Made by a program: the position numbers and the translations under genes. Below, piece by piece: positions 1 through 12,999 of a stretch of 64,000 nucleotides of DNA. Position 1 is the first letter of the stretch, and each line of letters opens with the position of its first letter. The notes below the pieces were generated by a model, which saw nothing but the letters and a program-made list of their open reading frames with translations, did no database searches and had not been told where the DNA came from. Source of the DNA: Vicugna vicugna (Eukaryota); NCBI GenBank assembly GCA_013265495.1, contig MU058384.1, positions 805,622 to 869,621 of the forward strand, in the 5' to 3' direction.

Positions 1-2879
1 GCACAATGTATATAAAAATTCTTTGGAAGAAATGCTAGCATTTTCACTTTTACCCAAGTAATCTGTCCCATAATCTATAGTACCACTGTGAAGTGACAAT
101 CTATTTAACCAATATGGAATCTAAATTCTAATGAAGTTAAATTAATTATAAATAAAATAAAAATAGGACATTCTTCTCTGCATTAATTTTGATTGGAAAG
201 CCTATGTTGTGTCATTCATGCATCGTTATTAATCATTTATTGAGTATTGATAGAGTGAATATCACTCATCATTTGTTTTAGAATTCATTGAAATTAGCTG
301 TTTTAAAAAATATATTTTATATATGAATATATATATATTTAAAGACTTTACAGTTTATTGAGAAGAGGAAGAAAACAATGAAAATGTAACATAAATAGGA
401 TTATAAGTTGTAGAGCCCCACCTGCTACTTTTTGTGTTGACATTTCCAGAAAATTGAAATCAAAGCAGATAAACTATACAATGACAAAATTGTCTCAGTG
501 TATGTCACACAGATATTCCAGCAATCTTTATTAGATGAATGAATTGCTTTTTAATTAATTAATGAATAATTTCAATTATTCTGCAAGTCCTATGCTTATT
601 TTTCCTCCTCAAACCAACCTTTTCTTCAAATATTTAAGATATATTTAGTTTACTTTGGATTGTGTAACTATTGGGAAATGACCTAAGTAGATATTTCCTG
701 TGTAAAACAGTAAAGTTCTTATTTTAATTTGGATCTAACTTGGGCTATAAAGAACATTTGAATCTGGAGAAATCTTAAATGACTTGGCATTTTATATATA
801 TTTTTTTACCCTAATAGGACTATGGAAATGAGAAAGTGCCAAAGAGTGGGTCTAAAAGAAGAAATCACTACACTTATTATTCCTAGAGATTTACTTGTTA
901 GTTTTGCAAATATTATTGAATTTTCTGAATTTATTTTGATAATCTTAAAATATATATAAGCATATCACAGATTGTGTGCATTGTCAACTTATGACCATGT
1001 TCTGCTGCTTTATTGCAGTTCTAGAGTTTACATTTGCATTGGCCCCAAGTAAAGGACAAATTACCTCATGGCAAGCTGTGTAAATAAAGCTTTTACAGTC
1101 ATTTACATAAGGACCAGTAGTGGGGAAATTAAGTCATCAAATAGTGCATGGTCTTTGAACTCCGCGGAAGTCGATAGACCTGTACTGTAGCCATCAATAT
1201 CATAATCATTTCACTAGCAGATGTGTTGTTAGATTTAATTTTTACACACGTAATTATGATAATATATGATAAAGGACTTCACACTGCAATTTTTATTATG
1301 TTTTATTAAATCCAATTGAATTCATTGGATTTTCAAAATAATTCCCTGATAGTTAAAATTATTAGTTTTTTTAAAGGCCAAAAAAAGAGAATGATACAAT
1401 TATAACTCAAATAATGGTCCAACATGCACAAAATAGGATAAGAAAAGTGAAAAAGTATTATTTTATAATTTTAAATTCATCAGACTTGTATTTTCTTAAA
1501 AAAAAATCCTAAAATGTATACCATGTTAAATTAATGTTGTTAACTTGAAATTTATTGGTTTGGTGGGAAGTTTAGTATTTTATTTGAGAGTGTGGTTTAA
1601 TAGAGTTTCAGAGCTACAGGTAAAATAAATTTTGTTTATACATATTTAGGTACTATTATAAAAGTTAATGACACTTGGAATTGAAAGCCCTTGGCTTTGT
1701 ATTTGTTTTTACCTGAAAGGGCTCATAGATTAGTAACATCAAAAAAAGAAAGAAAATTAGGAAGGAGAGTCCTAATTATTTTTGCCTTTCAATATAGACC
1801 AATGTTTGCTATTTTGATTATCTGATGTTTCTCTTTTTTTCACAATCAGTAGCAATAAAAGCCCATAAATGTTTATAACATATGTGTATGCTCATTACAG
1901 GGAAAACAGAAAATCAGAGGAAACGATATTTTATTCTCTCTGCAAGAGGTTTAAGGGAACCCGGTAGGTAGGACGGATGGTATCAGTAGAAGTGGCTGAA
2001 ACAAGTCAAGTGACTTAGTGTTTTTGAAATGAAAAGCAGAGATAAATGCCCTACTTGTATTAGAAACATGTTCTTAAGAATGAAATCAATGGAAAACTCT
2101 TATGTGTTCCCTGACCATACTTTTTGAGTTGCCGTGGTAACCTGCTTTGATTGGACCAGAGCAAGGCTCTTTAAGACAGACCATGACAAGTTCTTCTGTA
2201 ACTACCTTCTTAGGCAGCGTGACCAGTCACAGTAGCTCAGAGATGTCTCTCCAGCATGAAAAGCAAGACAATTCCTCTTTTCACACGACTTTCGTTCCTT
2301 TAGCTACTTGTTCACCTCAGGTCCCACATTAACGGCAAAGAATCAGAATTACATCCTACTCTAGAAACTGCAGACTAGAGAAATTTGGTGGGTCCTGTCC
2401 CTGAAATTCAATATCTGCTGCTAGATAATCATTTTACCTCTTTAATTGGCACAGATAGATGAGTTATTAATACAGCTTTTTCTCCAAGTTGTGCTAGACG
2501 TGTAATATTAAACACTATATCTAAAAACAATAAAAATCTGAAGGAGTGTGTGTTAGGGGTTAGAGAGAAACAGAGACAGAGAAAGTTAAAAAAAATCAAT
2601 AAATATTGAAATATTCTTGGAAGAAATATTTAAAGAATTTTTAAAAATCCTAGACTAAGAGAGACTATCACAGCCTTACTGATACTACTGTAAATTCAAA
2701 ATAAGACAAATAGTTTATGTATACCTATAACCTAAGACTTTCTGCAGAGGTAATATGGATAATATTGATGGCTTACAGGTATGTAAGATTCTTTCTTATT
2801 TATCTTTTTAAACTCTGTGTTTCATGTTGTACCTGATATATGTAGGTTCTCTAATGACTTTAATGGTACTTATGACAGA

Positions 2880-3780
2880 GTTTTTGACCACAAGGAGCTT
2901 ATAATTTAGTACAAGGAAAAGATAAGTACATATATGAAAAGGCTGAGAATAGCTAATTGTCTAATAAAGGATACAAAGCACATTTCAAAGAGATATATGA
3001 TCTATGGCTAAGTGAATTAAAAGCCCTTTATACATAAAGTAAGCTTGAGGTATGGCTAGAATTTTGACAGATAAAGACAGAGTGAGAGAATTCCATGTAG
3101 AAGGAATATGAACAGGATCAGGAGAGGCAAAATATGGACAATTGCTAAATTGACAGTTGGACTAGAAAAAAAAAATCCCTGGCCGAAGGAAATTTAGAGT
3201 AAGCAGTATTTGGATGGCCTTGAATGAAAGGGGAAGGGCAGAGTCTTTACCTTGAGAGCAATAGACAGTTATTGAAGGATTTTCTGCAGGATTAAAATAT
3301 GGTTGGGTTAACTCTTTGGACCAGTATATTGGGGAGATGTAAAGGAGATTGTAAGGGAAGAAAGAAGGTATATGAAAACGAGAAACTACACATAAATGAA
3401 GAAAAATCATGAGAACATAGCCCATGAAAAGTCAATGACATGCCAAGGACAATATGAATGGAAAAGACTTTATAGAGGCCAACTGTATAACTTAGCATCT
3501 GGCCCTAAATGAATAGGAGTCACCAGCAATGTCTCTGTAGGTTTTAAGCGTGACCAACTTAGAAAATGACCCAAACATTGCTTTAAGAAGGTGGGGTGCA
3601 TCAAATAAAAGGACAGATGAAGAATTTTTATTTGAACATGTCCAGTGTGACACATTATGGGTAAACCATTTGGAGATGTCCAGCAGGAAATTGGAAATGA
3701 CAGTCTGGAGATGAAACAAATTTCGATTTGATCACTGTATCAAGGAATCAGTCACTTAGACATGTTTCTTGAAGACTGGG
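2880..3780 (-). mobile_element. L2 LINE, ancient decayed fragment
   Basis: Purine-rich antisense L2-like text, e.g. 'aggagcttataattta' and 'ggagatgtccagcaggaaattggaaatgacagtctggag'. Boundaries approximate. Confidence 0.65.
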
Positions 3781-4556
3781 TAGTACTTGTCCACCCCACC
3801 CCCACCTCCAAGGGAAAGACTAGGATAATAGACTACTGTTTAGCCCTGTGTGCTCAATACACTTTGCTGCATTTTTATTTACTTGCTAAATAAATAAGTA
3901 AGTAAGAGGAGAGCCCTACTCCCATTCCCTATTTCTACATACTTCCATAATTCCATACTTCCACTCACCACACGCAAGCGCTATAGATGCCCATGCATGC
4001 ACACACATGCACATTTTCATCACCTTATCCTTATTGGTACAATAGGCAACATGTTTAGTGCCTAAACTTATCAAAGCCAGCATAATCAGATGGGGTCAGA
4101 ATGTCAATTTAAATTATACTCACAGATAAGATGATGGAAATGGACACCACCCATCTTTCTCAGGCAGGGTTTGAATTCATCAGACGGAATCTGACAGCTG
4201 TTGTTTAAAAGAAGCCCCATTTCCACTCATTTCCTTATTATGACATTCCGATTTCCTTCCTGAGACATTCTTCGAAGTTCTTGATCTCAACCCTAGAAAT
4301 TTGCATATAAAGTTCCGCAGGCAGCTGTACTATTGAAACAGCTGCATGATGAGCCCAGTAATCATTCTTCCACCTTTCCACTCTTCTAGCACCTACACTT
4401 CTGCTCCTCGGGCAGCTCTCTGCTCTTAACTGTCTGACAAAAGAGCTGTCTTTGGACTCATCTCTGTTACTAAAATTGTAAACAGTGACAGGGCAGTAGC
4501 CTTCCTTGTGCTTAGCATAGAAAAGGGACTTAAAAATAGTACATACTTGGCAGTTA

Positions 4557-5294
4557 AATAAAGGAAAGGGATCCCTCCTACACTGCTGGTGGGAATGTAG
4601 TTTAGTGCAGCCATTATGGAAAACAGTATGGAGATTCCTCAAAAACTAAAAATAGACTTACCATATGTCCATAGAATCCCTCTCCTGAGCACATATCCAG
4701 AGTGAACTTTAATTCAAAAAGATGCATGCTCCCCAATATTTACAGCAGCACTATATACAATAGCCAAGACATGGAAACAACCTAAATGTCCATAGACAGA
4801 TGACTGGATAAAGAAGTTGTGGTATGTTTATGCAATGGAATATTACTCAGCCATAAAAAATAATAAAATAATGTCATTTGCAGCACCATGGATGGACCTA
4901 GAGATCGTCATTCTAAGGGAAGTAAGCCAGAAAAAGAAAAAAAAATACCATGTGATATCATTTACATGTGGAATCTAAAAAAAAAAAAAAAGACGAACTT
5001 ATTTACAGAACAGAAACTGACTCACAGACATAGAAAACAAACTCATGGTTACCAATGGGGAAAGCAGGGAGGAACAGATAAATTGGGAGTTTGCGATTTG
5101 CAGATACTACTATATATAAAATAAACAACAAGTTTATACTATATAGCACAGGGACCTTATATTCAAAATCTTGTAGTAACCTATAATGAAAAAGAATATG
5201 AAGATGAATATATGTATCTGTATGTATGCCTGAACTATTATGCTGTACACCAGAAACTGACACAACATTGTAAACTGACTATATTTCAATTTAA
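4557..5294 (+). mobile_element. Young 5'-truncated L1 (ORF2 C-terminus plus 3' UTR), camelid-type
   Basis: Contains 'ccctcctacactgctggtgggaatgta...ggaaaacagtatggagattcctc' and 'tggataaagaagttgtggta'. The 3' UTR 'cctataatgaaaaagaatatgaa...ttgtaaactgactatatttcaatttaaaaa' ends in an A-tail. No clear TSD. Confidence 0.92.
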
Positions 5295-5559
5295 AAATGA
5301 CTAAATGAAAGAACAACTTTTATCTGTGAAGATTTTTTAATTGTTTGACATCACTAAAATAAACACAATGCTTCAGATATGCTCTGAGCTCCATCAGGGT
5401 ATCTGAAAGTCGAATGAGATTCACACATCTAAGCAACCTAACAGACAAGCCATTGCAAAAGCTAGCATCTCTCTGGGGCAGCCTATTGAAAAGTATCCTA
5501 TATTCTTTTAAAGCTTACAATATATATTGAAGAAAGAATGTTTTTAAAATTTATTAAAT

Positions 5560-7700
5560 AGTGAATAGAGTCAAAAGAATATTTTAAACCATGTATTGTC
5601 AGATACAAAAAATAATGACAGAATGAACATTGGTGTACATGGTAGTAAAGTGAATGTTAAAGAAAAAAATGATAGCCTTGCCTGTGTGTCTTTATGCTCA
5701 CATCCCTTCCATTACCTGTAACCCAAATTTTATGCTCATCATTTCCCATTTTTTGGTTGTTTTAACCACACAAAAAAGTATTGCTGAGCAAAATGCCACT
5801 GTTTTTTAGTTGTTAAAAAAAACCCAAAACTCGTGCAGTACGTGTTTTGTACAATTTGCTTTTTTCCTTAATCATTATGTTCCTAATATTCATCTACATA
5901 ATTACAGGCATGTATATCTATTTTTCTAATTTGTGGCTTTATCATAATGTATTTTTCATTCTAATATTGATGAGCATTTTGACTGCTTTCTAATGTTTGC
6001 CATTATATGTACTACTGAGAAGATTCTTCCATTTGTCTGCTGGTGCACATGTACCAGAGTTGAATTCTAGGATCATTGGTTATGAACATTTTCAAATGTT
6101 CTGTATGTGGCCCCTTTTTCTCAAAATGGCCAACTGATCTCCATTGCCAACAGTGGTTCCTCAAAGCCCCCATTGCTCCATATCCTCATCAACGTTGGAA
6201 CTCGCCAAGCTCTTCAGGCACAAAATGGTACGTCACGGTATGGTTTTGTGTGTTCCTGATGGCAAATCAGATTGGAAATTTTCCCACAGGTTGACTGGTT
6301 ATTTGAGTTTCCTATTATGTGAAGTGTTTGTTTTTACATTTTCTCATTTTTATCAGTTTGTGCATTTTTACCTGATTAATAGGAGCTATTCACTCATCCT
6401 GGATACTTACACTGATCACGTTTATGTGCTGCATACATTTTCTCCCAGTTTGGAGCCTCTCTTTTTGCTGCTCTTACAGTGGCTAATTCTTAATGTAGTT
6501 GAAATAATCAGTGATGTTGGGTTTAATAAATCTTCTCTATTTAAATTCATGAAGATATTATCCTAAACTGTCATCTCAAATATTGCTATTTTTACCTTTC
6601 AGTCATAAATATGTATAGGTGTCAGTCAGGGGACCAGTTTCATATATTCTCTGTATAGGTAACTAATTGTGCCAGCAGGATTTGTTGAAAAATCTATTCT
6701 TTTTTACAGAATTTGAGTGAAACAATGTTATAAATCAAGGGTCCATATATGTGTAGGTCTGTTCCTTTGAGTTTTTAATTTGTATCAATACTATATTGTG
6801 TTATTAATTATAACCTTATAATAATTATTGACAAGTGGCAGGGCAGATTCCACCCACCTCAACCTCGTGTTATTCTACTTCTTTGGGAGTATTGGGCTGC
6901 TCCTGCATGTTAGTTTAGAATCATCCCCTTGGGTTTCACATGCAAAAAGAACAGGGGAAAAGAGAGAAAGAAAAGTAATTCTGTGGGGATTTAATTGGAA
7001 TTGAATTAGATCTATAAATAACGTAGGGTAGAAATGAGAGATACCAATTTTTAGCTTATTAAATACCATTTTCACAATTTTTTTCTACCTGATTGAGACA
7101 AGTGTATATAAATGCAATTGATTTTTGTACTCAGATGATATATCCCACAGCTTTGAAAAGTTTGCTAAAACTTCCTAATCCCTTGTAATAATTTATCAAG
7201 AATTTACTTTGTTTTTCCTGCATCATCATATATTCACATAATGCCCTTATCCCATTTAGGTTTTATTTGTTTTTCTTGCTATTAGTACCTTGCCATTAAC
7301 ATACGAGTTCTCAGCATCTGGTGTAATGCTGAAGAGGACAATGAGATCCAACAGCTTTGTCTGGTTTCCCAAATGCTTTCAATGTTGTCACAACACATAT
7401 GTGCATGCGACATCCATTTTGCAAATAACTTTGCAACATTAAGGAATTTCCTTTTATTCATATATATATACATTTATATAACTGATTTTTATTATGATTA
7501 AATGTTGACTGTTGACAAATGTTATTCTTCATCTATTAAAATAATCATGATAATCATTAAATAATAACATATTAATTTATTTTAAATATGTTAAACCAAA
7601 CTTGAAAACCTTGAACATAATATATCACCTTTTATGCCATACTTGCTTTTGGCTTACTAATAATTTAAGAACTTTTTTCAATCTATGTTCATAATACTGT
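5560..7700 (-). mobile_element. Old L1 (L1ME-like) 3' UTR/ORF2 fragments
   Basis: Antisense L1 hallmarks such as 'ctccattgccaacagtggttcc...ctccatatcctcatcaac' and 'aattggaattgaattagatctataaata'. T-rich and degenerate. Confidence 0.75.
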
Positions 7701-8229
7701 GTGTGTAATACTGTGATAGCAAGAGGGTTTATACTACACTTTATGTGCTTTACGATAGAACAGCCCAACTTTATTTCCCACACATATCTTATTATATGTA
7801 GCTTATAATTTCAATGTTCCTTATTGATCCCTCCTACTTGCAGTCTAGCAGTTTACTATATCTCATAAGGTTTGTTATGGCCATGACACATCTAACTGGT
7901 ATATCAAGTGGATTGCAGATGTAGCATTGTCCAATATTTTGTTTTATCAGAGAGCGTGCCATATGTTGTCATTGACAGGGATGTTGGTTGCCTTTCACTG
8001 AAAGCAAAACAGAGATGGATTGTTGGTGTTCTTCCACATGTAAGAGTGAAGTTCTATTTATTACACATATCTTTCAGACTCCTACATGAAGCCATGGCAG
8101 AAGTGGCCTGCTTATTTTGATGCAATTATCAATACTGCTACTACATTGTTAAATGAAAAATGCATAATAGATTCTAAACTGGGATTATGCTGGACAAACT
8201 GGAATGTGTGATCCTCACTTTGATCCAGC

Positions 8230-8450
8230 TTATGACGTGCCAGGCACTGTTCTATGGACTTTTCGTTTCATTTCTAAGTCTTATATTTCTGAGATCTTAA
8301 TTTTAATTCTCATCAGCCTTTGTGATGTATGCACTATTACTTACTCTTTTTTTTCAGATGGGGAAATTGAGGCACAGAGAGGTAAAATGCCTTGCCCAAA
8401 GTCTTGGAGATCATACATGATGAAACTGGAAATCAGGACCAGTCAGGATT
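8230..8450 (-). mobile_element. MIR SINE
   Basis: MIR core 'ttttcagatggggaaattgaggcacagagaggtaaaatgccttgcccaaagtc' preceded by 'gtgccaggcactgttcta'. Confidence 0.85.
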
Positions 8451-9433
8451 TGGATTTTATTCTTTCAATTCCTATTTTCTTCTATTGTTTGTGTCTTCTG
8501 CTTGCTTTGGGTATGTTTTGATTTTATTTTCCTAGGTTCTTAAAATGGAAACTTAGATTATTATTCAAAGGTCTTTCTCTTTTCTAATATAGGCATTTAA
8601 TACTGTAAATGTTCTCAAATAATATATTACTTTTAAAATACAAATATCTTGTAAAGACCAAATAGTGACTGTTTTACTAAAGCATTAATGAAGAGCACGA
8701 ATATACATCAATATACAACATTCTTATCTTTATATCTTTTATACAACTTTATCCAAAACAAATGAACACAATTAGAGCAATTCAAAATAAAGATATTAAT
8801 TTAATGTGATAAATGAGGATGTGTTTCTGAAATGAAGCAGCTACCCATAGTAAGCACACAGAATTAAATGAGCCCGATAACTGTGGTGTGTTTTGTTGAA
8901 CTCAGTAAGCCTGTATTATGCAGCCCATATGCCACGTGATGACTCAGCCCTCTAAGTACATTCCTCTATGTGAAAGTTCCTTTGTTCAGCTAGCCATCAT
9001 ATAATTTAGCTTTGTTTGGCAGGAACATCATTTATGTTTTAAGTCTAACTGCATCTTCTTAATTAAATGCATACCACAAAGGCAGAAAAATAAACACAGG
9101 AGGCACTGAAATGTAATACATGAATATATAATCGTATAACTCCTTCATCAATGAAATTCAAATATCCAAACTGTGTGTGTATTGTGTTGTGGTCCATTAT
9201 GAAGGTGAAGCTATTTTTTTAAAAGGTATCTATATAATTCTCATGTCTCCTTGCTGTGCTCCTCCCACCACTCAATGACATAGGTCTTTGAACTTGTAGT
9301 AGTTACTGACTCTCATTGTGAGAATAATTCATCTTGTCTGTAACCACCTCTTCGATTCCTCAGACTAAATTCCAAACTGTCATCTTCTCTGGTAATCTAG
9401 AATCCCCTGTGTGTCTACATCTGCCAAACTATA

Positions 9434-9923
9434 TGTGGTAGGCTGAATAATGGCCCCCAAATGTGTCTACACCCTAATCCCCAGAAATTGTAAATGTTAC
9501 CTTATATAGCAAGAAGGACTCTGCAGATGTGCCTAAGTTTAGGATCTTGAGATGGGAAAATTTTCCTGCATTTGTGGGTGCCCCAATGAAGTCACAATAG
9601 TCTAGGAAGATTCTGATAAAGAGAGGAAAAGTTAGTGTGATGACATGATGATAAACACAGAAACTGGAGTGATGCATTTTGAAGATACAGGAGGTGGCCA
9701 CAAGCCTAGGGATACAGATGCCTCTAAATGCTGAAAATGACAAGGAAGAGGATTCTTCCCTCAGAGCCTCCAGAAGGAGCCAGCCCTACTGACATTTTGA
9801 CTTTAGCCGAGAGAAACTACTTTTAGATTGCTGACCTCCAATACTTTAAGAGAATACATTTGTGATGCTTTAAGCCAACAAGTTGGTGCTAATTGCTTAC
9901 AGCAGCAATAGGAAACTAATACA
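9434..9923 (+). mobile_element. MLT1 (MLT1D-like) MaLR solo LTR
   Basis: Starts 'tgtggtaggctgaataatggccccc', ends 'cagcagcaataggaaactaataca' (TG...CA). Internal 'gattcttccctcagagcctccagaagga'. Flanks ctata/ctgtg resemble a decayed 5-bp TSD. Confidence 0.9.
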
Positions 9924-9924
9924 C

Positions 9925-10240
9925 TGTGCTTTTGCAATGCTCCTTCTGTCTGGAAACCATCTGCAGTTCTTTGCCTGATTAATTACTGGTTCTCCCAGGT
10001 TGGCTCAGTCTCACATTCTTTCCTCAGGAAAGCCTGGGTAGGAATTTATCTGCTTCTTAGCTCCAGGGTCATGGCCTTATCATAGCACCTATGCAATTTA
10101 TTTAGAATTGTCCTTTGAGTTCTGCCAGCCTAAAAGCCACATAGCCCTCTGATGGCAAAGTTTTACTCGTATTTTTAATTTTTTAGCAACTATAATAGAA
10201 TCTAGAAAAGAGTTAACAATAAATCTTTGTTTAATTGATT
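9925..10240 (+). mobile_element. L2 3' end, interrupted upstream by the MLT1 LTR
   Basis: 'tccttctgtctggaaacc', 'ttcctcaggaaagcct' and terminal 'caataaatctttgtttaattga' resemble the L2 3' end. Confidence 0.55.
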
Positions 10241-10977
10241 TTCTTCTACAGAAAAAGGTTTTCAAGAGTTGTTTAGTGTATATGCTATCTTATACAAATT
10301 TTAAATTAAAAAATTTAATCTAAGAAAAAAAAAATTTAATCTGCTTGAGTCAGATAATAAAATTGATACAGATCTACATATATGCATATCTATCTATACT
10401 TACAAAAATATTATGCTTTTCAATGGTATCCAGCTTTTGAATATATAAGTGGTAAAATACTCTAAATGCTAGAAAACAAGTAGAAAAGGTAGTCCAGGGT
10501 AGGTATCCTCATTTAGCTGACAAAAGTAGTGACCCCACGTTAGGAAGAACAGTAAGATTGACAAGGCCAGATAATACTAATCACTAGAATACTATAAGTA
10601 AGATATTCCTGAATGAAAACAATATTCTGACTTATTATGTCCTTCATTTCATTTATGTTCTTATTTGTTTCAATTCAGATGAGAATAGATCACAAGATTC
10701 GGTTACTGAATGATTTCCCTAAAAATAAATACTGTTGTAATCTTCCCTTCTCTTTGAAAAATACTTGGTTAGGAGTCAGAAAAGCAACAAATGAGGCAAA
10801 TACAGTTTGTAAAGGATATAGTTTCAAGCTGACTTTATGGTTATTGGCACCTCAAATTATATCAACGATTCTCTTTGCTTTTTCTTTTGTTATTGTTGTA
10901 GGTAGAATTCTTTCTGGTATGCACCTGGAGATAGTGTTTGGGAGCCGAGTATAAATTCTAAGAATATTGAATGATTA

Positions 10978-11021
10978 GAATAATCAAAGATGGGTCAGGG
11001 AATAATCAAAGGTGAGTCAGG
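10978..11021. repeat. 22-bp tandem duplication
   Basis: gaataatcaaagatgggtcagg followed by gaataatcaaaggtgagtcagg (2 mismatches). Confidence 0.9.
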
Positions 11022-12999
11022 GAATATCTCAGCCAGGTTTCAGTGGATGAGGAAGCACTTCTACTTCTAGGACTGCTGTCTGTGTGGGTTTTGACAGTCA
11101 CAGCACCATGGTAAAGGGGAACGCACAAAGAAGAGGAATGAAGGCTTATCTTGTGACTGTGGCTTTATGGAATTACTTTGCCCCAGGGACTGCTATACCA
11201 CAAAAAATCAACTAAACATTATTTTCATCTATGGTTTATGTATGGACACTAATCAAGTGACAGCTTTGTAATCCAAGTTGTGTTTAATAGAGGCGTATAT
11301 ATGGAAGTCTTTATTTGCTATCTGGCTGCATGGATATTATATTTAAAATGTTGATATTGCTAATGGTTAAGGATGCAAACACTGACTCAATAAAAGTTTT
11401 CTGTATAATCTATATTTCAGATTTATAAGCACTCAAATATTTTAAACATGTGCAAATGATGGCATGTTTATGAAAGCTTTCTGGTTATTTGGATAATGTT
11501 TGCAGGAGGATTTTTGAGAACGTAAGAAGAGGTGCTCGGGGCATTGTTTCCTGTTTGCTTATCTGTGTTTAATCATATAAAAGTGTTTAGAGCTAAAATT
11601 GTCATTTAAGCTCCTAATTTTCACATACATAGAAGCTATAGCTCTGTATCCTGCCCTAGAAGCTGCAAAGGCAGACATCTATCTAGTTAAATATGTTTCA
11701 AAGGTCTTGTTCTCAATTCCATTTTAATTGCACAGCATGGAAATCCCCATCCTTGTTTTGACCCATAATAAGCCATTCTGTTTGAAAAAAAAAAACACTA
11801 TTAGATCAAAAATTAGAACAGTGGAAATGAAAAACTCCATCAGGAGCTGCAAAAAAATTCTCTTCTGATCTCTCAAGCCTGTAGCCTAAGTTAGGAGATT
11901 ATATGAAGTATCGACTTTTCGGTCTTTTCCATATCATCTGTTAACTTTGGCAAGTTCTTCTTCTTTAATCAGCCTGTCTTTAAATCTCTATTCTAATACT
12001 GTTCTATGAGAGCAATGGCCTTCTCTGAAAGAACAGAGACAAAAAAAACAGTATTTTATGTGTTTCATCTGAAGCAGATCAGAGTCCTCAGAAATTTTAG
12101 CTGAACCACTAAACTGGTGGCAGATTGTAACTGAGTACAGGTTAGGACATGAGCCAGTCAGGAGGGGCATGTGGACATGGAGGACAGCCAGACCCACAAA
12201 CCGCTTCTAGCCCCTTGAGAGCTACTGATTTATTGCTGGGCTGCAAATCTCTCTTGGACAAGGCAGAATGGTTTAAAACGATATTATGATGAAAGATTTC
12301 AACAGGTGGATTTAGCTCTCTCAGTCCCAAGTGATTTTTACATCTTGATGTGAGATTATTTGTAAAAAAGAATTTAGCAGCACGATTTAGTAACTCAATT
12401 GAATCCTTGTAATAATCACAGTAACTGGATATACACTTAAGACTGTAAACTAACCCAATATCTAAACTTAAAGTTTATTGATTTCCTATAAAATGGGAAA
12501 ATTATTCTCAGTTGTTGGTATACTTGATTGAGCAAGATTTAATGTTAGAGAAATGTGAACAAGGTTGTGTTAACAGACAGGTGTCTACCATGACTAATAA
12601 GGAAACACAAAGCAAGGCAGTAGGTAAAGCACTGGACTAGAAGCCATTTGGTCTGAGTTCCAGCCTAGTGTACTTGGCTACAAACTAGCTGGTAATCGCC
12701 GTCAAGCCTTTCCTCTCAGCATATAAGCAGACTCAAGTCTCAGAACAAAGCAAAACAAAACAAAAGAAAACCAACACAAACAACGAGAACACAAAATCCC
12801 CACTTAACACTTGGGTCCTGTTCAACTACTTCTCCATCTTTCACATCCCAGTTTTGCAAAAGAGTAATTGACACTGTCATACTCCCCTTTCACTTTGTTC
12901 AACCCTTACTGAAATCTGCCTTCTGAGTAAACTGTACAAAATGACTTAGATTCGTTCTTTCTGTAGCTGCTTTTTCTCTTTTGTGTGTAATTATGCATT

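Noticed and set aside
4238..4642. 134-aa minus-strand ORF
   Set aside because: It starts inside the antisense of a young L1 and reads into unique DNA. No recognisable domain or convincing exon boundaries.
6144..6566. 140-aa ORF and many similar hydrophobic ORFs
   Set aside because: Antisense L1 in T-rich DNA yields spurious F/L/I-rich frames.
12375..12384. TAGCAGCACG, identical to the first 10 nt of miR-16
   Set aside because: The remainder does not match the mature miRNA, and I see no complementary arm for a precursor hairpin.
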